Of a DNA stretch of 64,000 nucleotides, positions 48,582-57,435 are shown in pieces. The position numbers and the translations under genes are program-made. The notes under the pieces were generated by a model. It was not told the origin of the DNA. It did not search any database and saw only the letters and a program-made list of their open reading frames with translations. The stretch lies in IMG/VR virus record IMGVR_UViG_3300021387_001054; one strand, written 5' to 3'. This DNA comes from a virus. Every line of letters starts with the position of its first letter. Positions within the stretch are counted from its first letter, which is position 1.

Positions 48582-48983
48582 ATGTGTTTTATGGAGGTTT
48601 ATCAGATACTTTGTTTGCTCGGTCTTCCCTCTTTGGTGTCTGGTGCTGTTGTATATTGTGTGAAAAAAATTGTGGCTATGATAGAAAGAATCGAATGTGC
48701 CAAGCAACAACAGATTGATAATAGTCGCCACGAGATAGAGAAAATTCAGAACCGAATTGATCTATTAGAACACTCACAACAAGCACAGTTAAGAGATAGT
48801 CTGATAGCAAATTATGAAAAATATGCAGCCCAAGGTAGTGCGCCCCTTTATGCAAAAGATAATTTTGAAAATTGTTGGATGTGGTATCACAGCTTGGGTG
48901 CTAACGGTGTCATGGACGATATTCACGCAAAGTTCATGGCACTACCTATACATCCCGAAGGAGATGATTCAAATGAGAATTGA
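48582..48983 (+). CDS. Membrane-anchored coiled-coil protein in the lysis cassette (133 aa)
   Basis: N-terminal TM segment and coiled coil. Overlaps the holin start. Confidence 0.3.
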   Translation: MCFMEVYQILCLLGLPSLVSGAVVYCVKKIVAMIERIECAKQQQIDNSRHEIEKIQNRIDLLEHSQQAQLRDSLIANYEKYAAQGSAPLYAKDNFENCWMWYHSLGANGVMDDIHAKFMALPIHPEGDDSNEN

Positions 48984-49248
48984 TGTTACAAAAATCAGTT
49001 CGGCAACTGTAACACGTTTTATTGTTTTAGTATTAGCTTTAGTCAATCAAGTTCTGTCAGCGTCCGGGCACCCTGTTCTTCCCATTGATGACGCTCAAGT
49101 TGAAATGTTGGTTACTTCCCTGTTTACTGTGGGTTCTGCCCTCGTCGGTTATTGGTTTGACAACGATGTTACTCGTTATGCGATTGAACGCAAAAAAGCC
49201 GGAGAGGAAATTATGTCCGCTCAAGAAGATACTGTAGATACATACTAA
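48973..49248 (+). CDS. Holin (phage phi-LC3-family-like), 91 aa
   Basis: MRIDVTKISSATVTRFIVLVLALVNQVLSASGHPVLPIDDAQVEMLVTSLFTVGSALVGYWFDND has the two-TM layout and pattern of phiLC3-type holins. ATG at 48973 is in frame within the listed 48814 ORF. Confidence 0.5.
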   Translation: MRIDVTKISSATVTRFIVLVLALVNQVLSASGHPVLPIDDAQVEMLVTSLFTVGSALVGYWFDNDVTRYAIERKKAGEEIMSAQEDTVDTY

Positions 49249-49255
49249 GAGTTAA

Positions 49256-49290
49256 GGAGCTGTCGGACTTCGGCAGCTCCATTTTATTAT
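49256..49290 (+). terminator. Rho-independent terminator (10-bp stem ggagctgtcg/cggcagctcc, then ATTTTATT)
   Basis: ggagctgtcggacttcggcagctccattttatt. Confidence 0.65.
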
Positions 49291-49301
49291 GAGGTGAAAT
49301 A

Positions 49302-49586
49302 ATGTTTATAGACGTTGTAAGGAAAGAAATTACAGCTAATTCTCCCGAAACATTTCAATTAAAAATCAGTGCTTGCAGTTTTCAGGTAAAGAATTTCACT
49401 GATGGCGCCGTATTGGTATGCTTAGATCATTGGAATGAAGATGAATCTGTAATGATTGGCGCGGGTATGTGTGAGGTTATCAACAGTAATCCAGACTTTG
49501 ACCGTGGCATGACACGCACGCCAACAAATAAGGTTGTTGTCAAAGGCGAACAGTCTGGTTTGGTAGAAGTTATTCGTTTTGACTAA
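49302..49586 (+). CDS. Hypothetical protein (94 aa)
   Basis: RBS gaggtga. Confidence 0.4.
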   Translation: MFIDVVRKEITANSPETFQLKISACSFQVKNFTDGAVLVCLDHWNEDESVMIGAGMCEVINSNPDFDRGMTRTPTNKVVVKGEQSGLVEVIRFD

Positions 49587-49664
49587 TAGTGTAATCTTAT
49601 TTGTATTTTTTATTCATCGTACTTCTGTGACATTATCACAGAAGTTTGCAAAGAAAGGACTACT

Positions 49665-50192
49665 ATGATTGAAAGAAAATCAATAATTGCCTCTACCCTT
49701 GGCGTTCAAAATCATGGTGGCAGTGGTGGAGATGTAGATTTAAGTGAATACAGGAAATATGTAGATCAAGATGTGATTGATGCGGCACTGACTGCGAAGG
49801 TGACGGCATTAGAAGATAAAGCCGAACGCTTTGTTGTACATTGTACTGCCTCTTCTATCCCGCCTTTTGGAGGAGCATTTGATATTGCTACTGATAAATC
49901 GTTCAATGATATATTATCTGCATACAACAGTAATAGAGAGGTATGCGCTATTTTGACGTCATCCGCAATGCAAGGTGTTGCATTCCTTACAGGCATTGCT
50001 CCGGATGCTGCTATATTTTACACTCTCATTACTTTAGGTTCGCAAAGCAATCTTATGTACTTACTCGTTTGTATTAGTAACGATAAACCGTTTGGCGTAT
50101 TGATGTCTGCAACATATGATGATACTGATATTTCTAATCGCGTTTCCGCACTGGAAACCGCGCTGACAGGACTAGACGAGGTGATCGGATGA
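49665..50192 (+). CDS. Hypothetical protein (175 aa)
   Basis: ORF with RBS aaggac. Confidence 0.4.
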   Translation: MIERKSIIASTLGVQNHGGSGGDVDLSEYRKYVDQDVIDAALTAKVTALEDKAERFVVHCTASSIPPFGGAFDIATDKSFNDILSAYNSNREVCAILTSSAMQGVAFLTGIAPDAAIFYTLITLGSQSNLMYLLVCISNDKPFGVLMSATYDDTDISNRVSALETALTGLDEVIG

Positions 50193-51700
50193 GTACATAT
50201 GTTGAGCGTATTCAAGCGCAGATTGATAAAGCGAATACTGCAACGGGAAAAGATGATTCCACGCTGGTACAAGCCGTTCAATCGCTCGTCGACGGCTACG
50301 GTGCAGGCGGCGGCGATTCCGGGGCGGAAGATATGCTGAAAGGCTTGATCGAACGCTCTGCAACGGAAATCACGATCCCAAACGGTGTGACGAGCATCGG
50401 GGATTATGGGTTTGCATATTATTCCGGCCTGACCAGCATCACGATCCCGAACAGCGTGACAAGCATCGGGAGTAATGCGTTTTTTAACTGTGCAAAATTA
50501 GCTAGTATTACGATCCCGGGCAGTGTGAAAACCATCGGAACCTTCGCATTTCAAAGGTGTTCACAACTTGCCAGCGTCACAATCCTGAACGGCGTGACGA
50601 GCATCAAGGATTATGCGTTTTACAACTGTGCAGAATTAGCTAGCATCACAATTCCGAACAGCGTGACAAGCATCGGGAGTAATGCGTTCAAGGGTATCAA
50701 CGCGAACGCCGTAATCACTTGCAAATTCGCAGAAGGCGCGGTGTCAGGTGCGCCGTGGGGTGCGCCAGACACGGTTCAAATTATTTACGAACGACGTGTA
50801 TATACTGTATATTTTTATAACGGTTCTACGCTGTTACAGACGGTTGAAGGAGTACAAGCAGGAGGAACGGCGACTTATACCGGGGAGACCCCGACAAGGA
50901 CTGGCGTGGAGAACCCTGAGGACTATTCGTTCAGCGGATGGTCGCCGTCTAACACCAACATCCAGAGCAACACATCCTGCTATGCACAGTTCAATTATAC
51001 TGGCGTGCCGGAGACCATTACGGATAGTTGGGACGACATCATCGCGGCGGTCAACAACGGGACCTATGCCAGCAAGTACAGCGTCGGAGACACCAAGCAA
51101 ATCGACCTCGGCACGGAGGGTATCGTGGCTATGCAGATTGCGGCCATCGACACCGACGCGCTCGCCAGCGGCAGCGGAACGGCGGCCATCACATGGATTT
51201 CGCAGCAGCTTATCGCTACGAGCCATCGCATGAACCCGGCCAGAGCCGCAGACCCGGAGGATTCCTCCAAGTATCAGGAGGGTACGGGAACCATCGGCGG
51301 CTGGGAAAAGACGGAGATGCGGAGCTGGCTGAAAGAAACGGTCAAGCCGCTTATCCCGGCGAACGTATTGGCAGCCATCAAGCCCGTAACGAAGTACAGC
51401 AGGATTTACGACACTTCCGGCAGCGCGGTGAACAACGTCACCAGCACGGAGGATGTATGGATTCCGTCGGCCAGAGAGGTCGGCTTCACCGGGTACGAGA
51501 CAGAGGGACCGACCTACACCGGGCTGTTTACGGCCAATGCAGACCGTATCAAGAGCAAGACAGGCGCGTCCAGCGCCTTGTGGTGGCGGCTGCGGTCCGC
51601 TTCCGGAAGCGATACCTTCGGTAATGTGCATTCGGCCGGCTCCTATATCAGTTACAGCGCGTACTACTCTGGCGCGGTGGTTCTCGGCTTCTGCATATAA
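50189..51700 (+). CDS. BspA-type leucine-rich-repeat protein with a Listeria-Bacteroides (flg_new-like) repeat and an uncharacterised C-terminal domain; GC-rich cargo gene
   Basis: About 5 LRR_5 repeats (ITIPNSVTSIGSNAF..C..L.SITIP..V..IG..AF). YTVYFYNGS...GETPTRTG..F.GW motif. GC rises to about 55-60% by eye against about 38-40% around it. The overlapping ORFs 50748-51233, 50834-51631(-), 51028-51624 and 51453-51836 are GC-driven artefacts. Confidence 0.65.
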   Translation: MSTYVERIQAQIDKANTATGKDDSTLVQAVQSLVDGYGAGGGDSGAEDMLKGLIERSATEITIPNGVTSIGDYGFAYYSGLTSITIPNSVTSIGSNAFFNCAKLASITIPGSVKTIGTFAFQRCSQLASVTILNGVTSIKDYAFYNCAELASITIPNSVTSIGSNAFKGINANAVITCKFAEGAVSGAPWGAPDTVQIIYERRVYTVYFYNGSTLLQTVEGVQAGGTATYTGETPTRTGVENPEDYSFSGWSPSNTNIQSNTSCYAQFNYTGVPETITDSWDDIIAAVNNGTYASKYSVGDTKQIDLGTEGIVAMQIAAIDTDALASGSGTAAITWISQQLIATSHRMNPARAADPEDSSKYQEGTGTIGGWEKTEMRSWLKETVKPLIPANVLAAIKPVTKYSRIYDTSGSAVNNVTSTEDVWIPSAREVGFTGYETEGPTYTGLFTANADRIKSKTGASSALWWRLRSASGSDTFGNVHSAGSYISYSAYYSGAVVLGFCI

Positions 51701-51753
51701 TCCGCAAACCCCTAATCTGGCTCCCTTTGTGGGGCCAGATAGGATTTGTCGGC

Positions 51754-51806
<53 letters not shown>

Positions 51807-51938
51807 GTGGGGCGTGTCTTTTTCTTTTTTGTTTAAAACGAACAGGGGGAAGGTAAGAGTAGCAGGGCGGGGGTGCGGTATAGTATTATTAACATCTCCT
51901 CTCTACCCCTCCCTCAAAACAAAAATCAACTATATCAA

Positions 51939-51957
51939 GGGGGAGTACCCCTTTTTT
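51939..51957 (+). terminator. Weak stem-loop ggggg-agta-cccc followed by TTTTTT
   Basis: aagggggagtaccccttttttc. Confidence 0.3.
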
Positions 51958-52033
51958 CTCCATATTACCTCCCCTAAAAATATATAAAACTCTCCAAACC
52001 TCCCCATAAACACTAGATTAACCAAATTTTATG

Positions 52034-52042
52034 TGATATAAT
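52034..52042 (+). promoter_or_regulatory. Extended -10 element TGaTATAAT upstream of the second-module TerS gene
   Basis: tgtgatataat, then RBS aaggagg and ATG at 52080. Confidence 0.4.
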
Positions 52043-52079
52043 ATACTTGATAAAAACAAAAAAGGAGGAAATACATACT

Positions 52080-52520
52080 ATGACTATAAACGAAAGACAA
52101 TTTGTAAACAATTATATTGAAACTCTAGATGACAAAAAATCACAAAAACTCGCTAACATAACCCCTTATGACCCTTCCTTGCTCTCTCGTCCAGATATTA
52201 ACTCTTTGATTTCTGAAAAACTAGAAGACCATTTCGCTACCTTAGATATCACCGATGAGTATATCTTATCCAACATCAAGAAAGTTTTTGAAGATGCCTC
52301 ACGTCCCGTACCTCGAGTTAAGATTGATAAATACGGAGACCAGATTTACTACCAAACTCAAGATGGTAAACCCATCATGGACATTGACCGCTCCAGCCAG
52401 TTGAAAGCCTTAGAACTATTAGGTAGGTATCGCAGCTTGTTCACTGACAAACAACAAGTTGATGTAAGCACAGATTTTGAGAAATATATATCCCAGGCTC
52501 AAGATAAGGAGGAATGGTAA
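52080..52520 (+). CDS. Terminase small subunit (candidate)
   Basis: ERQFVNNYIETLDDKKSQKLANI resembles the TerS helix-turn-helix N-terminus (..Q.F...Y.....N.T.AA..AGYS). Sits upstream of the second TerL. Start chosen at the RBS-supported ATG 52080, not the listed 52047. Confidence 0.45.
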   Translation: MTINERQFVNNYIETLDDKKSQKLANITPYDPSLLSRPDINSLISEKLEDHFATLDITDEYILSNIKKVFEDASRPVPRVKIDKYGDQIYYQTQDGKPIMDIDRSSQLKALELLGRYRSLFTDKQQVDVSTDFEKYISQAQDKEEW

Positions 52521-52524
52521 GACC

Positions 52525-53490
52525 ATGAGTACATCTACATCCACACCCACACCCACACTAGCAACTTTGAAACAACGTTTTTCTGAATATTTATCCAAAG
52601 TTAAACATCCGTATATATCGAAAATTGCTTCTGACTTAAATATATCTGAACTAGAAGTTAGAGGACTTATTGCTTTATTAAATTCGGAGTCACATTCACT
52701 AATGATAGATGATAAAGGTAGATTAAAACCGCTATCACCACAATCGTCACAAGAACCGTATCAGATACCGAACTTCTTAGACCATGTGCGTCTGTTATTA
52801 ATATCTGATACACATCTAGCCTCAAAATTTGATAGATTAGATATCTTACGATACTTGTATGATAAAGCTGATTCTACTCATACTAATTATATATTACACG
52901 CAGGAGATTTGACAGAAGGAGTAAGTGGTAGACCAGAACAACTCTATGACTTACGTGAACTATCGTACACAGGACAAAGAGACTACGTGATTTCAAACTA
53001 TCCCATCTCACCCACTGACTGCCCTACATATTTTATAGCTGGTAATCACGACAATTGGTGGTTAAAGAAATGTGGTTCAGATATATGTAAAGATATTTCT
53101 ATAAGACGACCTGACTTACACTATTTGGGTTCAGATTGTGAGGATTTGGCTATAGGTAGCCTACGCATACGTCTGTATCATGGGAAAGGTGGCTGTTCGT
53201 ATGCCCGTTCGTATAAATTACAGAAGTATTTAGATTCAATTCCAGCAGAACAACGACCTCACTTGTTGGTAACAGGTCACGTACATAATAGTTTTTACAT
53301 GAAACAAGATAAAACCCACTGCTTCCAAACTAGTTGCTTACAGGATTTGACACCGTACGCACGTTCACTAGGTCTTGCGTCAGATAAAAGTTGTTGGTGG
53401 GTAGATGTGTATTTTGATGCACAAGGTAGACCACATTCAGTAAAACAAGAATTAGAAACGTTTGAGAATAAAAAACAGTTAAAGAGGTGA
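52525..53490 (+). CDS. Metallophosphoesterase (calcineurin-like) with an N-terminal HTH-like domain
   Basis: Motifs LLISDTHL (D-x-H), HAGDLTEG (GD), FIAGNHDNWW (GNHD), VTGHVHNS (GH-x-H). Start at the RBS-supported ATG 52525. Confidence 0.65.
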   Translation: MSTSTSTPTPTLATLKQRFSEYLSKVKHPYISKIASDLNISELEVRGLIALLNSESHSLMIDDKGRLKPLSPQSSQEPYQIPNFLDHVRLLLISDTHLASKFDRLDILRYLYDKADSTHTNYILHAGDLTEGVSGRPEQLYDLRELSYTGQRDYVISNYPISPTDCPTYFIAGNHDNWWLKKCGSDICKDISIRRPDLHYLGSDCEDLAIGSLRIRLYHGKGGCSYARSYKLQKYLDSIPAEQRPHLLVTGHVHNSFYMKQDKTHCFQTSCLQDLTPYARSLGLASDKSCWWVDVYFDAQGRPHSVKQELETFENKKQLKR

Positions 53491-53496
53491 TATATC

Positions 53497-55179
53497 GTGT
53501 CATCGACAATAAATATAAAGAAATATATTGAGAACTTTATTAAAATTCGTAATAAAAATTCAGATATAGTGCCACTACACTTGAATAAACCACAACAAAA
53601 ATTATATGATATAATTCGCATGCAGAAACAACAAAATAAACCCGTTCGTATAATTATTTTGAAAGCACGTCAGATGGGGTTTTCGACAGTTACAGGTGGT
53701 TTGATACTCTCACAAACAGCCACACATAAAAATAAGATGGCTGCGATAGTCGCTCACCAGGAGGACTCAACAACTAACTTATTTAATATGTATAAGTTAA
53801 TGTATCAGAATTTGCCGACCGCTATACAGCCAACACAGTTGGCGTCAAACGCTAAAGAATTAGTGTTTGATAATAAAGCACACACGGGATTGAACTCACG
53901 TATAAGGTGTATGACCGCAGGTACAGGTGGAGTTGGACGTTCGTTCACGATAAATTATTTACACATATCAGAGTTAGCCTTCTGGAAAAGTGACGTACAA
54001 GAAACTATGTTAGGTTTGATGCAGGCTGTACCGAATACACCAGACTCTATGGTAATAATTGAGTCTACTGCAAACGGTTATGAGGAGTTTCAGTCACGTT
54101 GGGAGGCTGCTGAAAAAGGAGAATCAGACTTCTACCCACTATTTGTTGGTTGGAACGAGTTAGATGAATACTCTATGCCGTACTCTGGGTTCGAGCTAAC
54201 TGATGAGGAGCACAATCTTCAGGACACCTACTCCTTGACAAATGACCAGCTTGAGTGGAGAAGATGGTGTATTAAAAATAACTGTGGTGGAGATGTACGC
54301 TTGTTCAAACAAGAGTATCCGATAAGTCCAGAAGAAGCGTTCCTAACAACAGGTGACTGCGTATTTGACCAGGAGAAAATAATGGAGCGATTAAAACATA
54401 TTCCTGAACCACTATATAGAGGACACTTTGAGTATAAATATGATGATACTAAAGAAAAAGCTGAAAAGATGTCGGACATAAAATTCGTACCAACTAAAAC
54501 AGGATACATAAAAATATATAAAGAACCTGACCCATCACATTCGTATACACTATGTGGTGATACAGCTGGAGATACACAAGGAGACTATTTTGCGGCTCAT
54601 GTAATTGATAATATAACTTGCGAGCAGGTAGCCGTATATCACAACATGACAGACGAGACGTTATTTGCTAGGCAGATGATATGTTTAGGCTACAGATACA
54701 ATAAAGCACTGATAGCGATAGAGGCTAACTTCTCGACATATCCTAACAAAGAGATTGCGAGACTAGGGTATCCGAACATATACGTACGTGATAAAGAAGA
54801 TGACTATAGACAACCTATCGTATCAGCCTACGGATTTAAAACGACACAGATAACTAGACCACTAATAATATCATCACTAGTTGATATAGTTCGTGACAAT
54901 GTAGAGTGTATAAATGATAGATTAACACTAAATGAGTGCTTGACGTTCATAACAAATGAGCACGGTAGAAAAGAAGCCATGCAGGGTAAACACGATGACT
55001 TGGTTATGAGTTTGGGTATAGGGTATTATGTAAGAAATGCACATTACTTTAGAGTATCCTATAAAGAACCTGAACTTAAAAAATTATTTAAATGGAGCGA
55101 GGACTTGAAACAGGACTACTATAAAGCAGACCTTGCGACAAGAAAGAGAATGGAGGAGAAATATGGAGCAATCAATTAA
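53497..55179 (+). CDS. Terminase large subunit (second copy in the window)
   Basis: ATPase N-terminal half (ILKARQMGFSTVTGGLIL Walker A-like) and nuclease-like C-terminus. GTG start with RBS aaagaggtga. Position after TerS. Confidence 0.65.
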   Translation: MSSTINIKKYIENFIKIRNKNSDIVPLHLNKPQQKLYDIIRMQKQQNKPVRIIILKARQMGFSTVTGGLILSQTATHKNKMAAIVAHQEDSTTNLFNMYKLMYQNLPTAIQPTQLASNAKELVFDNKAHTGLNSRIRCMTAGTGGVGRSFTINYLHISELAFWKSDVQETMLGLMQAVPNTPDSMVIIESTANGYEEFQSRWEAAEKGESDFYPLFVGWNELDEYSMPYSGFELTDEEHNLQDTYSLTNDQLEWRRWCIKNNCGGDVRLFKQEYPISPEEAFLTTGDCVFDQEKIMERLKHIPEPLYRGHFEYKYDDTKEKAEKMSDIKFVPTKTGYIKIYKEPDPSHSYTLCGDTAGDTQGDYFAAHVIDNITCEQVAVYHNMTDETLFARQMICLGYRYNKALIAIEANFSTYPNKEIARLGYPNIYVRDKEDDYRQPIVSAYGFKTTQITRPLIISSLVDIVRDNVECINDRLTLNECLTFITNEHGRKEAMQGKHDDLVMSLGIGYYVRNAHYFRVSYKEPELKKLFKWSEDLKQDYYKADLATRKRMEEKYGAIN

Positions 55180-57049
55180 AGATTGGCAAGACAAATATAT
55201 TGATGCGTATAATCGATATGAAGAAGTCTTACGAAATGGTAAAGATAATGAGAAAGCCTATGAAGGTACTCGTAAAATTAAAAAACCAGATGGTACTGAT
55301 GCTGATAAACAGGGTTCAGTTTCACGTAAGATGTGTTTTGAGTTAACAGAAACTCAGGCTGATATTCAGATTCCAATGCCTCGTGTAATATCTAAAAGAG
55401 GTGCTGAAGAAAGAGCTATAATGATTGAAAATGTTATTAGAACAGAACTTGATGAGATGAATATGGAGGAGATAGTCGACGAACAAGCACGACTTACACC
55501 TATATGGGGTGGTTCAATATTTATGCTTGAATGGGATAACACCTATAGAGATTCATTTGGTGTAGGTAAATTAGTTGTAAAAAATTTACACCCATCACAA
55601 GTAATACCTCAGCCGGGTGTATACAAATTAGATGAAATGGACTACTTATTTATAACATTTGAGCAGACTAAAGACTATATTTTAAGAACATATGGTGTAA
55701 ATGTTGAGGAAGAAGGAGACCAGAATAAAGACGGCGAACCACTAGACCATATGAGAACTCACATATATTGTTATTACAGAAATGACGAAGGTAATATAGG
55801 ACTAATAAGTTGGGTAGGAGATACTAAAATTCAGGACTATGAAGACTATTTTTCTAGAAAACAAGAAGTATGTGAGAAATGTGGTGCTGTAAAAGACCCG
55901 TTTAAAGAAGAGTGTATTAAATGTGGTAGTAAAAAATTTAAAATAGAAGATAAAGAATACGAAGATGTTGACTATGATGTTGAAGTAACTGACCCTCAAA
56001 CAGGACTAACTACAACAACTAAGAAAACAGCTAAGGTAAAATATTATGTACCGAAGGTATTTCCGATAGTAATTCATAAAAATGTTGGTGATATTCACAG
56101 TTTCTTAGGTCGTTCAGATATTGACTTCATAAAAGACCAGCAGAATGATATGAATATTTATATGAATAAGATAAGAGAAAAGTTATTGAAAGGTGGTTCA
56201 TATTTTACACTACCGGAAGGTGTTGATGTTGAGGCTAGTGATGAAGAACTTAAAATAGTTAGAATAAAAGACCCAGCACAAAAGGCTATGATTGATGTAA
56301 CTACTGTTCAACCCAATATAGCAACCGACTTAGAAATCTTAAACTTTAACTATCAGATAGGTCGTCAGACACTAGGTATAACTGATTCATATCAAGGTCG
56401 TGAAGATAGAACAGCAACGTCTGGTAAAGCAAAACAAATAGCTGTTGAACAGAGTGCTGGTAGATTAAAAAGTAAACAGACTATGAAAGATGCTGCATTT
56501 GCTGATTTATATAAGTTGATGTTTCAGTTCTTGTTAGCATATACCGATGAGAAAAGACCATATATACAAGAAGATACAAACGGAAAACTTGAATACAAAT
56601 GGTTTGATAAGAAATTTTTCGTTGAAGAAGATGATAATGGAGAAATATATTACGATGATGAGTTTGTATTTAGTGTTGATGTATCTGGTACTTTGGCTAA
56701 CGATAGACAGGCTATGTGGCAGGAGACACGTTCTAACTTTGAAAGTGGTGCATACGGAGACCCAACTCAGTTAGATACACTAGAAATGTATTGGACTACT
56801 ATGAACAAACTTCACTATCCATGTGCTCCAGATGCATTGAAGTTAATATCACAACGTAAAGCAGAACAACAACAATTAATGTTACAACAACAAGCACAAG
56901 AGGCTGCTATAAATGCTATGAACGCTAGTCAGACTAAGAGATTACTTGCTGAGAATATAGACCAGCAGAATCAGTTAAATAGACAACAGAATGAACTACA
57001 AAGAGTTAAGCGAGAAGCAAAAGCTCCCTTAACGGATAAGGAGGATTAA
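55163..57049 (+). CDS. Portal protein (second copy)
   Basis: About 630-aa protein directly after TerL. RBS ggaggag before ATG 55163. Confidence 0.5.
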   Translation: MEQSIKDWQDKYIDAYNRYEEVLRNGKDNEKAYEGTRKIKKPDGTDADKQGSVSRKMCFELTETQADIQIPMPRVISKRGAEERAIMIENVIRTELDEMNMEEIVDEQARLTPIWGGSIFMLEWDNTYRDSFGVGKLVVKNLHPSQVIPQPGVYKLDEMDYLFITFEQTKDYILRTYGVNVEEEGDQNKDGEPLDHMRTHIYCYYRNDEGNIGLISWVGDTKIQDYEDYFSRKQEVCEKCGAVKDPFKEECIKCGSKKFKIEDKEYEDVDYDVEVTDPQTGLTTTTKKTAKVKYYVPKVFPIVIHKNVGDIHSFLGRSDIDFIKDQQNDMNIYMNKIREKLLKGGSYFTLPEGVDVEASDEELKIVRIKDPAQKAMIDVTTVQPNIATDLEILNFNYQIGRQTLGITDSYQGREDRTATSGKAKQIAVEQSAGRLKSKQTMKDAAFADLYKLMFQFLLAYTDEKRPYIQEDTNGKLEYKWFDKKFFVEEDDNGEIYYDDEFVFSVDVSGTLANDRQAMWQETRSNFESGAYGDPTQLDTLEMYWTTMNKLHYPCAPDALKLISQRKAEQQQLMLQQQAQEAAINAMNASQTKRLLAENIDQQNQLNRQQNELQRVKREAKAPLTDKED

Positions 57050-57051
57050 TA

Positions 57052-57435
57052 ATGATAAGATTAGATGAAAAGGATTTTACAACCTTACACTTAACTCGTG
57101 GTGATAGATGTACTTTTAGAGCATATGTTATTGATAGTAAAACAAGAGAACGATATACTTTTCCAGCTGGTTGTTGGGTAAGTTTTGTAATCATTGATAA
57201 ATTAGGCTATACTTTAGAAAATCCACTTCTTAGAAAGAAAGTTTATGTACCAGAAGACACACTTGAAGTAGAATTTACTTTAACAGCTGAAGATACTAAG
57301 ATAGGTGATATGATTGATAAAAAACAAAAATATTGGTATAATATCGTTGTTAATGATGATATAACTATACTTGGTAGTGATGAAAAAGGAGAAAAAGTAA
57401 TTATAATTTATCCAGAGGTAGGTGAGAAAAGATGA
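57052..57435 (+). CDS. Hypothetical protein (127 aa)
   Basis: ORF. Confidence 0.35.
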   Translation: MIRLDEKDFTTLHLTRGDRCTFRAYVIDSKTRERYTFPAGCWVSFVIIDKLGYTLENPLLRKKVYVPEDTLEVEFTLTAEDTKIGDMIDKKQKYWYNIVVNDDITILGSDEKGEKVIIIYPEVGEKR

